Source: Gammaproteobacteria bacterium (GTDB lineage Bacteria; Pseudomonadota; Gammaproteobacteria; UBA1113). Taken from it: DNA of 64,000 nt. Position numbers and translations under genes: made by a program. The DNA lies in NCBI GenBank assembly GCA_020051155.1, contig JAGVJK010000005.1, positions 69,404 to 133,403 on the forward strand, read 5' to 3'. Shown piece by piece: positions 9,328-19,289 of this stretch; position 1 is the first letter of the stretch, and every line of letters starts with the position of its first letter. Under the pieces are notes generated by a model, which worked only from the letters and a program-made list of their open reading frames with translations, did no database searches and was not told the origin of the DNA.

Positions 9328-9572
9328 TGAGTGAAATTTTACGTTAGAGCTTGAAAGGTTATTCACATTTTCTGTGGATAAAACTGTTTATGAATGGGTA
9401 GTAAGCCTTTAATAACCTCAAAATGTCTTAATAACTGTCAAAAAAACAACGCTTACAAAATAGATAATTTGATACAAATCAAGTAGTTATCTATCAACTT
9501 AAAGAGTGTGAATTACCTGACAGGCAAAACACACACTTCCGTCAAGATATTGACCGGTGTTGATAACTAACG

Positions 9573-10241
9573 TTACTTATAAGATGGAAATTGCATTTCG
9601 GGAACGTGCGAGGGAACAATAAGTTTGCCTTCGGTTTTAGCAATAATCTCATCAGTGGAAACACCAGGTGCACGCTCAACCAGATGAAAACAACCTTCTC
9701 GCAGATCAATCACCGCTAGATCAGTGACAATTTTATGAACGCAATTGACCCCAGTGAGAGGCAATGTACATTGCTTTAATAATTTAGATTGCCCCTTAGG
9801 ATTCGTGTGGGTCATACACACAATAATGTTTTTAGCACCTGCCACTAAATCCATCGCGCCGCCCATGCCTTTGACCATTTTGCCGGGAATCATGTAGGAA
9901 GCAATATTGCCATGTTGATCTACCTCAAAAGCGCCTAAGACGGTTAAATCCACATGTCCACCTCGGATCATCGCAAAGCTTTCTGCAGAAGAGAAAAAGG
10001 CTGCGCCAGTCACTGCTGTGATGGTTTCTTTGCCAGCATTAATCAAATCGGGATCCACCTGTTTACTGCTTGGATAGGGGCCTATACCGAGTAAGCCATT
10101 TTCTGATTGCAGCATGACAGCAATATTTTTAGGAATGTAATGAGCAACGAGTGTTGGCATGCCAATGCCTAAATTCACATAGTAGCCATCTTTTAATTCC
10201 TGAGCGATACGTTGTGCAATTTGTTCACGACTAAGTGGCAT
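9573..10241 (-). CDS. scoB: Succinyl-CoA:3-ketoacid CoA transferase subunit B
   Basis: Motifs [10 protein letters not shown] and SENG..G. I used the ATG at 10241 (MPLSREQIA...), which overlaps the scoA stop, rather than the longer track ORF. Confidence 0.9.
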   Translation of the reverse strand: MPLSREQIAQRIAQELKDGYYVNLGIGMPTLVAHYIPKNIAVMLQSENGLLGIGPYPSSKQVDPDLINAGKETITAVTGAAFFSSAESFAMIRGGHVDLTVLGAFEVDQHGNIASYMIPGKMVKGMGGAMDLVAGAKNIIVCMTHTNPKGQSKLLKQCTLPLTGVNCVHKIVTDLAVIDLREGCFHLVERAPGVSTDEIIAKTEGKLIVPSHVPEMQFPSYK

Positions 10242-10953
10242 GATGGGTAGCTCCTTCATCGGTGGTGATGCGGCGTTCAATGCGTTTTTCAAAATGTCCT
10301 TTGATGACACGTTGTACATAAATACCAGGGGTGTGAATGTAATTGGGATCTAAAGATCCTGCCTCGACAATTTCTTCAACTTCGACGACAGTTATTTTTG
10401 CTGCGGTAGCCATCATGGGATTAAAGTTCATGGCGGTTTCTCGATAAATTAAATTACCGAGGGTGTCTGCTTTATACGCTTTGATCAATGCGAAATCGGC
10501 AGTGAGAGAAGGTTCTAATACATAAGGTCGGCCATTAAATTCTCGGATTTCCTTTCCCTTCGCCACTTCTGTGCCATAACCGGTGGCGGTGTAAAATGCA
10601 GGAATACCCGCACCGCCAGCACGAATTTTTTCTGCGAGGGTGCCTTGTGGCGTTAAGATCACTTGCATTTCATTGTTAAGAAGAAGGGATTCGAACAATT
10701 GGTTTTCACCGACATAGGAACTGATCATCGTGCTGATTTGTCGTTTCTCTAACCATAATCCTAAACCAAAACCATCAACGCCGGCGTTATTAGAAATACA
10801 CGTGAGATTTTTGTTGCCCATACGATAGACTTGTTGAATCAAACCTTCAGGAATACCGCAGAGACCAAAGCCTCCTATCATCACGGTCAAGCCATCTTTA
10901 AAACCCGCAAGCGCTTCTTCATAGGAGGTGACAACTTTATTAAATCCCGCCAT
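10231..10953 (-). CDS. scoA: Succinyl-CoA:3-ketoacid CoA transferase subunit A
   Basis: Motifs [10 protein letters not shown] and [18 protein letters not shown]. The ATG at 10953 is preceded by a GGAGA Shine-Dalgarno. Confidence 0.9.
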   Translation of the reverse strand: MAGFNKVVTSYEEALAGFKDGLTVMIGGFGLCGIPEGLIQQVYRMGNKNLTCISNNAGVDGFGLGLWLEKRQISTMISSYVGENQLFESLLLNNEMQVILTPQGTLAEKIRAGGAGIPAFYTATGYGTEVAKGKEIREFNGRPYVLEPSLTADFALIKAYKADTLGNLIYRETAMNFNPMMATAAKITVVEVEEIVEAGSLDPNYIHTPGIYVQRVIKGHFEKRIERRITTDEGATHHAT

Positions 10954-11109
10954 GTTATTCTCCAAACATTAAAGGAACGTTCAACCGCACCCGGCAAGTT
11001 ATTTGACTATGGCGACTATAACCTTATCAATGAGTTTTAATCAAGCTAAGTGCGCTTCTTATAAGATTCTTGTATACTTCTTGCGGAGTTTGCCTTTAAG
11101 GATCCCATT

Positions 11110-12360
11110 ATGTATCGACCTATTGCCCTTTATATTGGTTTACGTTACACCCGCGCTAAACGGCGCAATCATTTTATTTCCTTCATTGGATTGGTTTCCA
11201 TGCTCGGGATTGCATTGGGGGTGGCTGCACTTATTACGGTGTTGTCCGTGATGAATGGTTTTGATCAGCAAATTAAAGAGCGTGTTTTTAGCATGGCTTA
11301 TCAGGTGACCTTGGGTTCTTATGAAGGTTCCATGCCGAATTGGCAAGCCGTGAATAAAAAAGTTGGATCAACAAAGGGTATTCAAGCTAGTGCTCCCTAC
11401 ATTTTTCAACAAGCCATGTTGACGCGCAACGAACAAGTACATCCTGCCTTGGTGTTTGGTATTCTTCCTAGTTATGAAAAGAAAGTGTCGGCTTTATCAG
11501 AAAAAATGATTAGTGGTTCTATCGATGCGTTAAAGCCCGGCGGCTTTGGAATTATTTTAGGAGAAGAGTTAGCGGCTAGTTTGGGTGTTGGTGTCGGCGA
11601 CAAAATTACCTTAGTGGCACCCGTAGGAGCCGTCACACCCATGGGCATTATGCCGCGGTTTAAACGTTTTACGGTAACGGGTTTGTTTAGTGCTGGACGA
11701 GGTTTTGGTTTTGATAGCGATTACTCCTTCATTCATTTGCAAGATGCGCAGACCTTATATCAACTGGGGGATAAGGTCAGTGGATTGCGGTTTAAACTGG
11801 ATGATTTGTATCAAGCACCAAAGATTGCTGATGAGTTAGTGGCGCAATTGCCACCGAGTTATACCGTCGGCAATTGGACAGTGACCTATGGCGCATTTTT
11901 CCAAGCGATTGCCTTGGAAAAGACGATGATGTTTATTGTCTTGAGCTTAATTATTTTAGTGGCTGCCTTTAATTTAGTGGCATCCTTAGTGATGGTGGTA
12001 ACGGATAAACAATCGGACATTGCTATTTTACGTACCTTGGGTTGTCCACCGGGGGTGATCATGCGCATCTTTATGGTGCAAGGATCCTTGATTGGTATGA
12101 TAGGGACAGTGTTCGGATTAGTGGGTGGATTATTGCTAGCCTTTAATGTGACGACCATCGTGTCTTGGTTACAAGGATTTTTTGGTGTGAATGTGTTGGC
12201 ATCTTCTGCGTATTACGTAGATTACTTGCCCTCTAAAGTTCAAGGTTCCGATGTGTTATGGGTTTGTATCATTGCCCTCGGCATGAGTTTAATCGCGACG
12301 GTGTATCCTGCTTGGCGTGCATCGAAGGTTCACCCAGCGGAGGCTTTGCGTTATGAATAA
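11110..12360 (+). CDS. Lipoprotein-release ABC permease, LolC/LolE family
   Basis: The N-terminus [22 protein letters not shown] is the typical LolC/E start. It has a large periplasmic loop, a C-terminal FtsX-type TM bundle, and is followed by lolD. Confidence 0.9.
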   Translation: MYRPIALYIGLRYTRAKRRNHFISFIGLVSMLGIALGVAALITVLSVMNGFDQQIKERVFSMAYQVTLGSYEGSMPNWQAVNKKVGSTKGIQASAPYIFQQAMLTRNEQVHPALVFGILPSYEKKVSALSEKMISGSIDALKPGGFGIILGEELAASLGVGVGDKITLVAPVGAVTPMGIMPRFKRFTVTGLFSAGRGFGFDSDYSFIHLQDAQTLYQLGDKVSGLRFKLDDLYQAPKIADELVAQLPPSYTVGNWTVTYGAFFQAIALEKTMMFIVLSLIILVAAFNLVASLVMVVTDKQSDIAILRTLGCPPGVIMRIFMVQGSLIGMIGTVFGLVGGLLLAFNVTTIVSWLQGFFGVNVLASSAYYVDYLPSKVQGSDVLWVCIIALGMSLIATVYPAWRASKVHPAEALRYE

Positions 12361-13060
12361 GAGAGTTCAAGAATCTGCCGTGTTAGTGTGTGACGGCGTA
12401 AAGAAAACCTATCACGAGGGTAAATTAAATGTTCCGGTATTGCATGGTGTGCATTTAGCGGTGCAACCCGGCGAACAAATTGCCATTGTAGGAGAGTCAG
12501 GTGCTGGTAAAAGCACCTTGCTGCATATGTTAGGTGGTTTAGATAAACCGACTTCTGGTGTCGTGCGTGTTGATGGTGTTGATATTAATCGGTTGTCTGA
12601 GAACAAACGTTCATTGTTGCGTAATCAAAAGTTGGGATTCGTTTATCAACTTCATCATTTGCTGCCAGAGTTTACTGTACTTGAAAATGTGTGTATGCCT
12701 TTATTGTTTCAAACCATGCCCATTGAGCAAGTGCGAGAAACAGCGATTGAGTTGTTAAAGCGCGTGGGCTTAGAAAAACGGATGCTACATAAATTAGGAG
12801 AAATTTCCGGTGGCGAACGTCAACGTACAGCTATCGCGCGCGCACTGGTAACGGGCCCCGTATGTTTATTAGCAGATGAACCCACCGGTAATTTAGATCA
12901 TAAAACCGCAGAAAAAGTTTACCAAACCATGTTAGAAATGAATCGCGCATCAAATACAAGTTTGATCATCGTGACTCATGATTTAGCCTTGGCGAAACGA
13001 ATGGATCGTCAACTGGTGTTGGAAGATGGCGTGTTAAAAGAGGCCTCCTTGTCATCCTAA
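12353..13060 (+). CDS. lolD: Lipoprotein-release ABC ATPase
   Basis: Walker [10 protein letters not shown], signature ISGGERQR and Walker [12 protein letters not shown]. The ATG at 12353 overlaps the permease stop. Confidence 0.9.
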   Translation: MNKRVQESAVLVCDGVKKTYHEGKLNVPVLHGVHLAVQPGEQIAIVGESGAGKSTLLHMLGGLDKPTSGVVRVDGVDINRLSENKRSLLRNQKLGFVYQLHHLLPEFTVLENVCMPLLFQTMPIEQVRETAIELLKRVGLEKRMLHKLGEISGGERQRTAIARALVTGPVCLLADEPTGNLDHKTAEKVYQTMLEMNRASNTSLIIVTHDLALAKRMDRQLVLEDGVLKEASLSS

Positions 13061-13137
13061 ACGAAGTCGAAGGATCTCTCATTTATAAGAGCGATCTTTT
13101 CAGACAGGTGAGCAAAAGATCTTGCAAAATTTTTTTA
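13051..13137. repeat. Half copy of the GTCATCCTgA..GAAGTCGAAGGATC palindromic element (left arm only)
   Basis: About 85 nt aligns with the left arm and core of the complete element at 26041-26173. No right inverted arm is present. The lolD stop codon lies inside the repeat. Confidence 0.75.
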
Positions 13138-13233
13138 AACATTATAGATTAATATTTCTTGTAATCTGCATTGTGCTGTACAGCTAAATACAAAATTTAT
13201 AGATGCCGAATTCCCAGTGAAGATGTCGTAAAA

Positions 13234-13379
13234 AGTGCCTTCTCCCCTTGAGGGAGAAGGTGCCCAACGGGCGGATGAGGGGTAATCAATTTCAGGTGAA
13301 ATACTTTATTGAAGTTCTCTGATTAGATCACCCCTCATCCGGCCTTCGGCCACCTTCTCCCTCAAGGGGAGAAGGCACT
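13234..13379. mobile_element. MITE-like nested palindromic element, copy 1 (146 bp)
   Basis: Terminal inverted repeats AGTGCCTTCTCCCCTTGAGGGAGAAGGTG... and ...CACCTTCTCCCTCAAGGGGAGAAGGCACT. A second copy lies at 44046-44188 in the opposite orientation. Confidence 0.8.
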
Positions 13380-13481
13380 CTTTACGTGTTTTTTCAAAAA
13401 GTCTGATATTGATTCATTTTTTCTATATAGAAATTGTGTTTTTCAAAAGTCTTTTCCTCATTAACAGGATGTCCTTATTTC

Positions 13482-15788
13482 ATGTGTTTATGGATCATCG
13501 CCTTTATGGCGGGCCTTTTTTCCTTACTTGAAGAAACCTCGACACTGCATTTGCCGTGGGGAATGGGTTTGGGTGTTTTGGGTTGTATTTTGCTTTTTAA
13601 AAAACAAAGATGGTTGCGGTTGATCTCAGGATTTTGTGTTGGAATTGGTTATGCAACTTTATGGGTCGCGTGGCAATCTCATCAAGAATTACCAAATTTA
13701 CGCGAGCAGCAAACTTTGTTAGTGCAAGGATATGTGGTGGGGTTGCCTACCTCTGATGCGACGGCATTGCAATTCGAATTTGAAACAACGCATCTTTGTG
13801 AGACATCACACTGCATCCCTCATCGCAGTCTGTTGCAATTAGCCTGGTTTAAACAATCAACTATGATGAATCCCGGAGAGCGATGGCAATTATTAGTGAA
13901 AGTGAAACATCCCCATGGTTTTGCCAATCCAGGTGGATTTGATTATGAATTATATCAGTGGCAACGCGGTGTCGTAGCAACCGGTTACGTGCGACCATCC
14001 TCGCAAAATTATCGATTGCCAGGTTTTCAATGGACACAAACGCTTAATCTCATCAGAGAGAAAATCAAAGAGCATCTTTTACAACAATTAAAACCGAGCG
14101 CTAGTCAGGGCATCGTCATGGCGTTGCTCTTGGGCGATCGATCGCAAGTGGATCCAACGGTATCGCAACAATTTCGCGATACTGGTACCAGTCATTTAAT
14201 TGCTATTTCTGGCCTACATATTAGTCTGGTGGCGGGCTTTTGTTTTTTCTTAGGTAAGCTTCTCATGAAACGTTATGCAAACGGTTTGCTGTGGATTCCG
14301 GCTCAATATTGCGGAGCTTTCTTTGCTTTACTGGGTGCAACTGCATATAGCTTATTAGCAGGTTTTTCCGTATCAACGCAACGAGCGTTTGTGATGGTGA
14401 TGGTTGCAACCATGGCGTTACTACTTAAAACCACACAACCACCCATAACGCTGTTGTCTTGTGCTGCATTGATTGTACTTTTAATAAATCCTTTTTCAAT
14501 TTTATCTGCGGGGTTTTGGTTATCTTTTTCTGCGGTGGGTATGATCTTTCTGCTCATGGCTCATCGTAATGCGCAACGCAATGCTTGGCAAAACATCATT
14601 CGGTTACAGCTAGGATTATTTTTTTGCATGATGCCTTTAACGTTTTGGTACTTTCAACAAATGTCATTACTCTCATGGTTCGCCAATTTTTTCGCAATCC
14701 CTTGGACTAGCTTTGTAGTGGTGCCCCTTTGTTTATTGGGCGGAATTTTATTGCCATGGACAACCGCGTCACATCAAATACTATTGTTAGCACAAAAAAG
14801 TATTGACGGCTTGATCTTATTTTTAAACTGGGTCGACCAACACAATTATTTTTTTCACAACGCTGTAACGCAGCCGAGTCAAATGTTGATACTAGCGTTG
14901 AGTCTGTTATTATTAGCAACCCCGCGTAGTTGGCCACTCAAGTGGTTAGGTGGTGTATGGTTAGTGGCTTTTTTCCTGTTGCAAGAACCTTTCAAATCAC
15001 CAACGTGGCTATTGCGTTTAACGGTGTTAGATGTCGGACAAGGCTTAGCAACCGTGATTGAAACCAAGCATCATACGTTGCTCTTTGATACGGGGCCACA
15101 ATTTTCACCGGGCTTTGATAGTGGTAATGCGGTGATTGTTCCTTTTTTACGTACACTGCGAATACATTCTCTCAGTCAAGTGTTGATTAGCCATGGCGAT
15201 ATGGATCATCGAGGCGGCTTGCCAGCAGTGTTAGCGGCTTATCCGCATACGCCAATTATGACGAGTGATCCACAATTGCAACGACGTTATGCTCAAGCGA
15301 CATTTTGCGAGAGGGGCGAGCAGTGGCAATATGATGGTGTGAACTTTGATATTCTCTATCCCACGCCCAATAGCCGCTATGTGGCTAACAATAGTTCCTG
15401 CGTGCTGCGCATTCGAGTGGGAACCACCGCTATTTTGTTACCCGGCGACATTGAGCGTCCAGCAGAGCAATTTTTAATAGAAGCGGAGGGCGCGCAACTG
15501 CAGGCACAGATTCTCATCGCGCCTCATCATGGCAGCAAAACCTCTTCAACTCGAGAGTTTATCCGTTTAATCCGACCAGAGGTGGTGGTTTATCCTGTAG
15601 GTTGGCTCAATCGTTATGGCTTTCCTCATCGAGCCACTCAAGCGACTTACCGAGAAATTGGTGCAAAAAGTTACCAAACCAGCCAGACTGGGGCAATTCA
15701 GTTTATTCTTGATGCGAATCAGTCTATCATAGGTCCCAAATTATATCGTAGCCAACAGCAACATTTGTGGAACCATGCCTCATTATGA
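13482..15788 (+). CDS. comEC: DNA internalisation competence protein ComEC/Rec2
   Basis: A polytopic competence domain and a C-terminal metallo-beta-lactamase motif (ISHGDMDHRGG). The start is uncertain: ATG at 13482 or TTG at 13434. Confidence 0.85.
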   Translation: MCLWIIAFMAGLFSLLEETSTLHLPWGMGLGVLGCILLFKKQRWLRLISGFCVGIGYATLWVAWQSHQELPNLREQQTLLVQGYVVGLPTSDATALQFEFETTHLCETSHCIPHRSLLQLAWFKQSTMMNPGERWQLLVKVKHPHGFANPGGFDYELYQWQRGVVATGYVRPSSQNYRLPGFQWTQTLNLIREKIKEHLLQQLKPSASQGIVMALLLGDRSQVDPTVSQQFRDTGTSHLIAISGLHISLVAGFCFFLGKLLMKRYANGLLWIPAQYCGAFFALLGATAYSLLAGFSVSTQRAFVMVMVATMALLLKTTQPPITLLSCAALIVLLINPFSILSAGFWLSFSAVGMIFLLMAHRNAQRNAWQNIIRLQLGLFFCMMPLTFWYFQQMSLLSWFANFFAIPWTSFVVVPLCLLGGILLPWTTASHQILLLAQKSIDGLILFLNWVDQHNYFFHNAVTQPSQMLILALSLLLLATPRSWPLKWLGGVWLVAFFLLQEPFKSPTWLLRLTVLDVGQGLATVIETKHHTLLFDTGPQFSPGFDSGNAVIVPFLRTLRIHSLSQVLISHGDMDHRGGLPAVLAAYPHTPIMTSDPQLQRRYAQATFCERGEQWQYDGVNFDILYPTPNSRYVANNSSCVLRIRVGTTAILLPGDIERPAEQFLIEAEGAQLQAQILIAPHHGSKTSSTREFIRLIRPEVVVYPVGWLNRYGFPHRATQATYREIGAKSYQTSQTGAIQFILDANQSIIGPKLYRSQQQHLWNHASL

Positions 15789-17572
15789 AAATGAAACTTG
15801 ATAAGAAATATTTAAAAAAACGGCCCGATGGCAATAGCTTTCTATTATATAAACGATTGATAAAGTACACCTTGCCCTATTGGCTTTCCCTGACCATTGC
15901 TATTGTTGCTAACATTTTGTATTCAACGGTGGATGCTAGTTTCGCCTATATGCTCAAGCCTTTATTGGACGAAGGTTTCACTCATAAAAATCCAACTTTC
16001 TTGGAAGCGATTCCTTTTATCATTGTGGGATTATTTGTGTTGCGAGCGATATTTAACTTAACGGGAAACTATTCCATGGCTCTAGTGGGGCGCAGTGTGG
16101 TGCAAGTATTGCGTGTGCAATTGGTGCAACGCATTTTGCGTTTGCCCTGTAGTTTTTACGATAGAACTTCTTCCGGTTATTTATTGTCGCTTATTGTGTA
16201 TAACAGTTCTCAAGTGGCGGATGCCTCCACCAATGCTTTAACCGATTTTTTTCAAGCATTATTTTTAGTGCTTGGTTTTTTAGTAGTGATGCTCAGCATT
16301 AGTTGGCGGTTATCCCTAATATTTTTAGTGACGGTGCCTATTATTGCGCTGTTACTGAGTGTCAGTAGTCGTCGCTTGCGTCGTTTGAATCGAAAAACGC
16401 AAGACACGGTAGGGGGCATCACCAGTGTAGCGGAAGAAGTGATTGATGGTTACAAAGTCGTGCGAACCTTTGGTGGCGAAGCTTACGAGCTCAATAAATT
16501 TATCGCCGTGAACAAAAAGAATGTGTTTAACGAGTTAAAAGTAGTCATTACCAAAGCACTGAGTACCTCGAGTGTTCAATTGATGGGGGTAACAGTTTTA
16601 GCCGTAATGGTATGGTTAGCAACCCATAATCATTCCTCGACGGCATTAACAGCCGGGGGTTTTACTGCAGTGATTGCCGCTATGATGGGATTGTTGAAAC
16701 CAATGAAGGCATTAACCACGATTAATGCAACGATTCAACGCGGTTTGGCCGGTGCTGAAAGTGTGTTTCATGTGTTAGATGAACCTGAAGAAGTGAATAC
16801 CGGCACTTATCAAACACCGCGAGTGAAAGGCGCTATTTCGTATAAAAATGTGAATTTTTCATACCCGCGCTCCAATGTGCAAGTGTTGCATGATGTGAAT
16901 ATTGAAATTAAACCGGGCCAGCGAGTTGCCTTGGTGGGACGCTCAGGCAGTGGTAAAACCACCTTAGCGGGATTGTTGCCGCGTTTCTATGATTTAACAG
17001 CGGGTGATATTACCATCGATGGTGTTTCCATCCGAGATTATGAAATTACGAATTTGCGTAGTCATTGTGCCTTAGTGTCACAACAAGTCACCTTGTTTGA
17101 TGATACCATCGCTCATAATATTGCTTATGGTCGTTTAGGTGAACAGGTTACGACAGAGGATATTATTCGTGCCGCAGAGGCGGCTCATGCCATGGAGTTT
17201 ATCAAAGATTTGCCGCAGGGTTTAGATACTTTAGTGGGTGAAAATGGTGTGTTACTTTCTGGCGGTCAACGACAACGATTAGCCATTGCGCGCGCGATTT
17301 TAAAAGATGCGCCGATTTTAATTTTAGATGAAGCAACCTCTGCTTTAGATACCGAGTCCGAGCGATTTATCCAAGAAGCTTTGGAGTATGTGATGGAAGG
17401 GCGCACCACCTTAGTGATTGCTCATCGCTTATCAACCATTGAAAAAGCGGATCATATTATTGTATTACAAGATGGTCGCGTGTTAGAGATGGGTGATCAT
17501 GCCACGTTGATCGCTCATAATGGGCAGTATGCGAAATTGCATCGCTTGCAATTTCAAGCCGGAGGCGCTTAG
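15785..17572 (+). CDS. msbA: Lipid A export ABC transporter MsbA
   Basis: A six-TM domain plus an NBD with GRSGSGKTT, LSGGQRQR and ILILDEATS. Its ATGA start overlaps the comEC stop. lpxK lies downstream, as in many Gram-negatives. Confidence 0.9.
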   Translation: MKMKLDKKYLKKRPDGNSFLLYKRLIKYTLPYWLSLTIAIVANILYSTVDASFAYMLKPLLDEGFTHKNPTFLEAIPFIIVGLFVLRAIFNLTGNYSMALVGRSVVQVLRVQLVQRILRLPCSFYDRTSSGYLLSLIVYNSSQVADASTNALTDFFQALFLVLGFLVVMLSISWRLSLIFLVTVPIIALLLSVSSRRLRRLNRKTQDTVGGITSVAEEVIDGYKVVRTFGGEAYELNKFIAVNKKNVFNELKVVITKALSTSSVQLMGVTVLAVMVWLATHNHSSTALTAGGFTAVIAAMMGLLKPMKALTTINATIQRGLAGAESVFHVLDEPEEVNTGTYQTPRVKGAISYKNVNFSYPRSNVQVLHDVNIEIKPGQRVALVGRSGSGKTTLAGLLPRFYDLTAGDITIDGVSIRDYEITNLRSHCALVSQQVTLFDDTIAHNIAYGRLGEQVTTEDIIRAAEAAHAMEFIKDLPQGLDTLVGENGVLLSGGQRQRLAIARAILKDAPILILDEATSALDTESERFIQEALEYVMEGRTTLVIAHRLSTIEKADHIIVLQDGRVLEMGDHATLIAHNGQYAKLHRLQFQAGGA

Positions 17573-17577
17573 GTATT

Positions 17578-18543
17578 ATGAGGTGGTTTGCAACACGTGG
17601 AGTTATTGCTTGCCTTCTCTGGCCATTGTCTTGTTTGTACGGTTTGATTCTGGCTGCGCGTCGTTGCTTGTATCAGCGAAATATTTTAAAGCGCCCTTTT
17701 TTTTCTGTTCCTATTATCGTGGTGGGCAATATCACGGTAGGTGGTACTGGTAAAACGCCAACGGTGATCGCTTTATGTCAGTGGTTAAAAGAGCAAGGTT
17801 ACCGACCGGGTGTAGTAAGTCGTGGTTACAAAGGGCAAGCACAGCATTATCCATTATCCGTAACAGCAGATGTGGAACCCATCTTATGTGGTGATGAACC
17901 TTGGTTGATTCATCAACACACGCAATGTCCAGTGGTAGTGGATCCCAAACGAGTGCGTGCCGTTGCTTGGTTATTGCAGCATACTTCCTGTGATGTGATT
18001 GTTAGCGATGATGGTTTACAGCATTATGAGTTAAGACGCACCTTTGAAATTGCCTTAGTGAATCAACGAGTGGGTTTCGGTAATGGTTGGTTGTTACCCG
18101 CTGGACCTTTACGAGAACCTTTATCTCGATTAAAGACCGTTGACATGGTTTTGCATAAATCGCCACAGCCTCATGATCCACAGGGGCTGATGTTTCAAAT
18201 TCAGTCATTATATCGCTTACAAGATCATGCCTCTCAAGATTTAGTCAGCTGGCAAGGGCGCAAGGTACATGCAGTGGCAGGCATTAGCGTACCTCAGCAA
18301 TTTTTTGATGATTTAACACAATTGGGATTAATAGTGATTCCTCATCCGTTTCCCGATCATTATGTTTTTAAAGCCAGTGACTTTTGCTTTAAAGAAAACT
18401 ATCCTATTATCATGACAGAAAAAGATGCGACGAAATGCCGAAGCTTTGCAAAAGAAGATTGGTATGTTGCTGCATTGACTGTCACGTTGCCAAGGCAATT
18501 ATTAGAAAGTTTGCATCAAGTATTGACAAGGGATCGTTTATGA
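17578..18543 (+). CDS. lpxK: Tetraacyldisaccharide 4'-kinase
   Basis: P-loop VGNITVGGTGKTP. Length and the msbA-lpxK synteny fit LpxK. Confidence 0.9.
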   Translation: MRWFATRGVIACLLWPLSCLYGLILAARRCLYQRNILKRPFFSVPIIVVGNITVGGTGKTPTVIALCQWLKEQGYRPGVVSRGYKGQAQHYPLSVTADVEPILCGDEPWLIHQHTQCPVVVDPKRVRAVAWLLQHTSCDVIVSDDGLQHYELRRTFEIALVNQRVGFGNGWLLPAGPLREPLSRLKTVDMVLHKSPQPHDPQGLMFQIQSLYRLQDHASQDLVSWQGRKVHAVAGISVPQQFFDDLTQLGLIVIPHPFPDHYVFKASDFCFKENYPIIMTEKDATKCRSFAKEDWYVAALTVTLPRQLLESLHQVLTRDRL

Positions 18544-19289
18544 AAACAAAACAAATATTTTACGCACCAATCACTGTAGCTCATCGTGGTGCCAGTGGTC
18601 GCGCACCAGAAAACACTTTAGCCGCATTACAATTAGCAAAAGAGTCTGGAGCAGCTTGGGTTGAATTCGATGTGATGATGTTACGAGATGGGGAAATCAT
18701 TGTCATGCATGATGATACCTTGGATCGTACTACCAATGGCCATGGCGCTGTTGCGCATCATACCTATGAACAAATCCAAAATTTAAGTGCAGGTGCGTGG
18801 TTTGCACCGGAGTTTGCGAGAGAACCGATTCCTACCTTGGCGCAATTTCTAGAAGAGTTAGAGCGCTTAGAGTTACATTTTATTTTAGAGTTTAAAGATA
18901 ATGGTAGTGACATTCGTCAGTTGGTGAAAAATACGCTGGATTTGATTGAACCGCAATGGGAGCCAGAAATTCTGCAGCCGATTTTTTTCAGTGAAAATGC
19001 GGAAATTTTAAAATTGGTGCGACAACGGTTTCCTGAGGCTATTTTGGGGCAAGTGGTCGATAAATGGGACGATGATATGTGGGCTCATTTTTTAGAACAA
19101 CGATTTGATATTGTCTGTATCAATCAACATGAGTTGACTAAAAAGCGCATTCATTTGTTTCGAGACCACCATGTTTCCATTGCTTGTTACACCATCAATG
19201 ATGCTGAACCCTATGAAGAACTTGCGCACATAGCCATTGATTATATTATTACAGATTACCCTGAATTCGAACGAGCTTTGATCAAATGA
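18540..19289 (+). CDS. ugpQ: Glycerophosphodiester phosphodiesterase
   Basis: GDPD motifs AHRGASGRAPENT and EFDV. The ATG at 18540 overlaps the lpxK stop (ATGA). The N-terminal extension in the track ORF was rejected. Confidence 0.85.
   Translation: MKTKQIFYAPITVAHRGASGRAPENTLAALQLAKESGAAWVEFDVMMLRDGEIIVMHDDTLDRTTNGHGAVAHHTYEQIQNLSAGAWFAPEFAREPIPTLAQFLEELERLELHFILEFKDNGSDIRQLVKNTLDLIEPQWEPEILQPIFFSENAEILKLVRQRFPEAILGQVVDKWDDDMWAHFLEQRFDIVCINQHELTKKRIHLFRDHHVSIACYTINDAEPYEELAHIAIDYIITDYPEFERALIK

Noticed and set aside
9269-9572. The chromosomal replication origin (oriC).
   Set aside because: There is only one perfect DnaA box and two near-perfect ones. I saw no obvious AT-rich 13-mer unwinding repeats and no typical origin-flanking genes (dnaA, dnaN, gidA, mioC, rpmH). 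I kept it only as a DnaA-box cluster finding.
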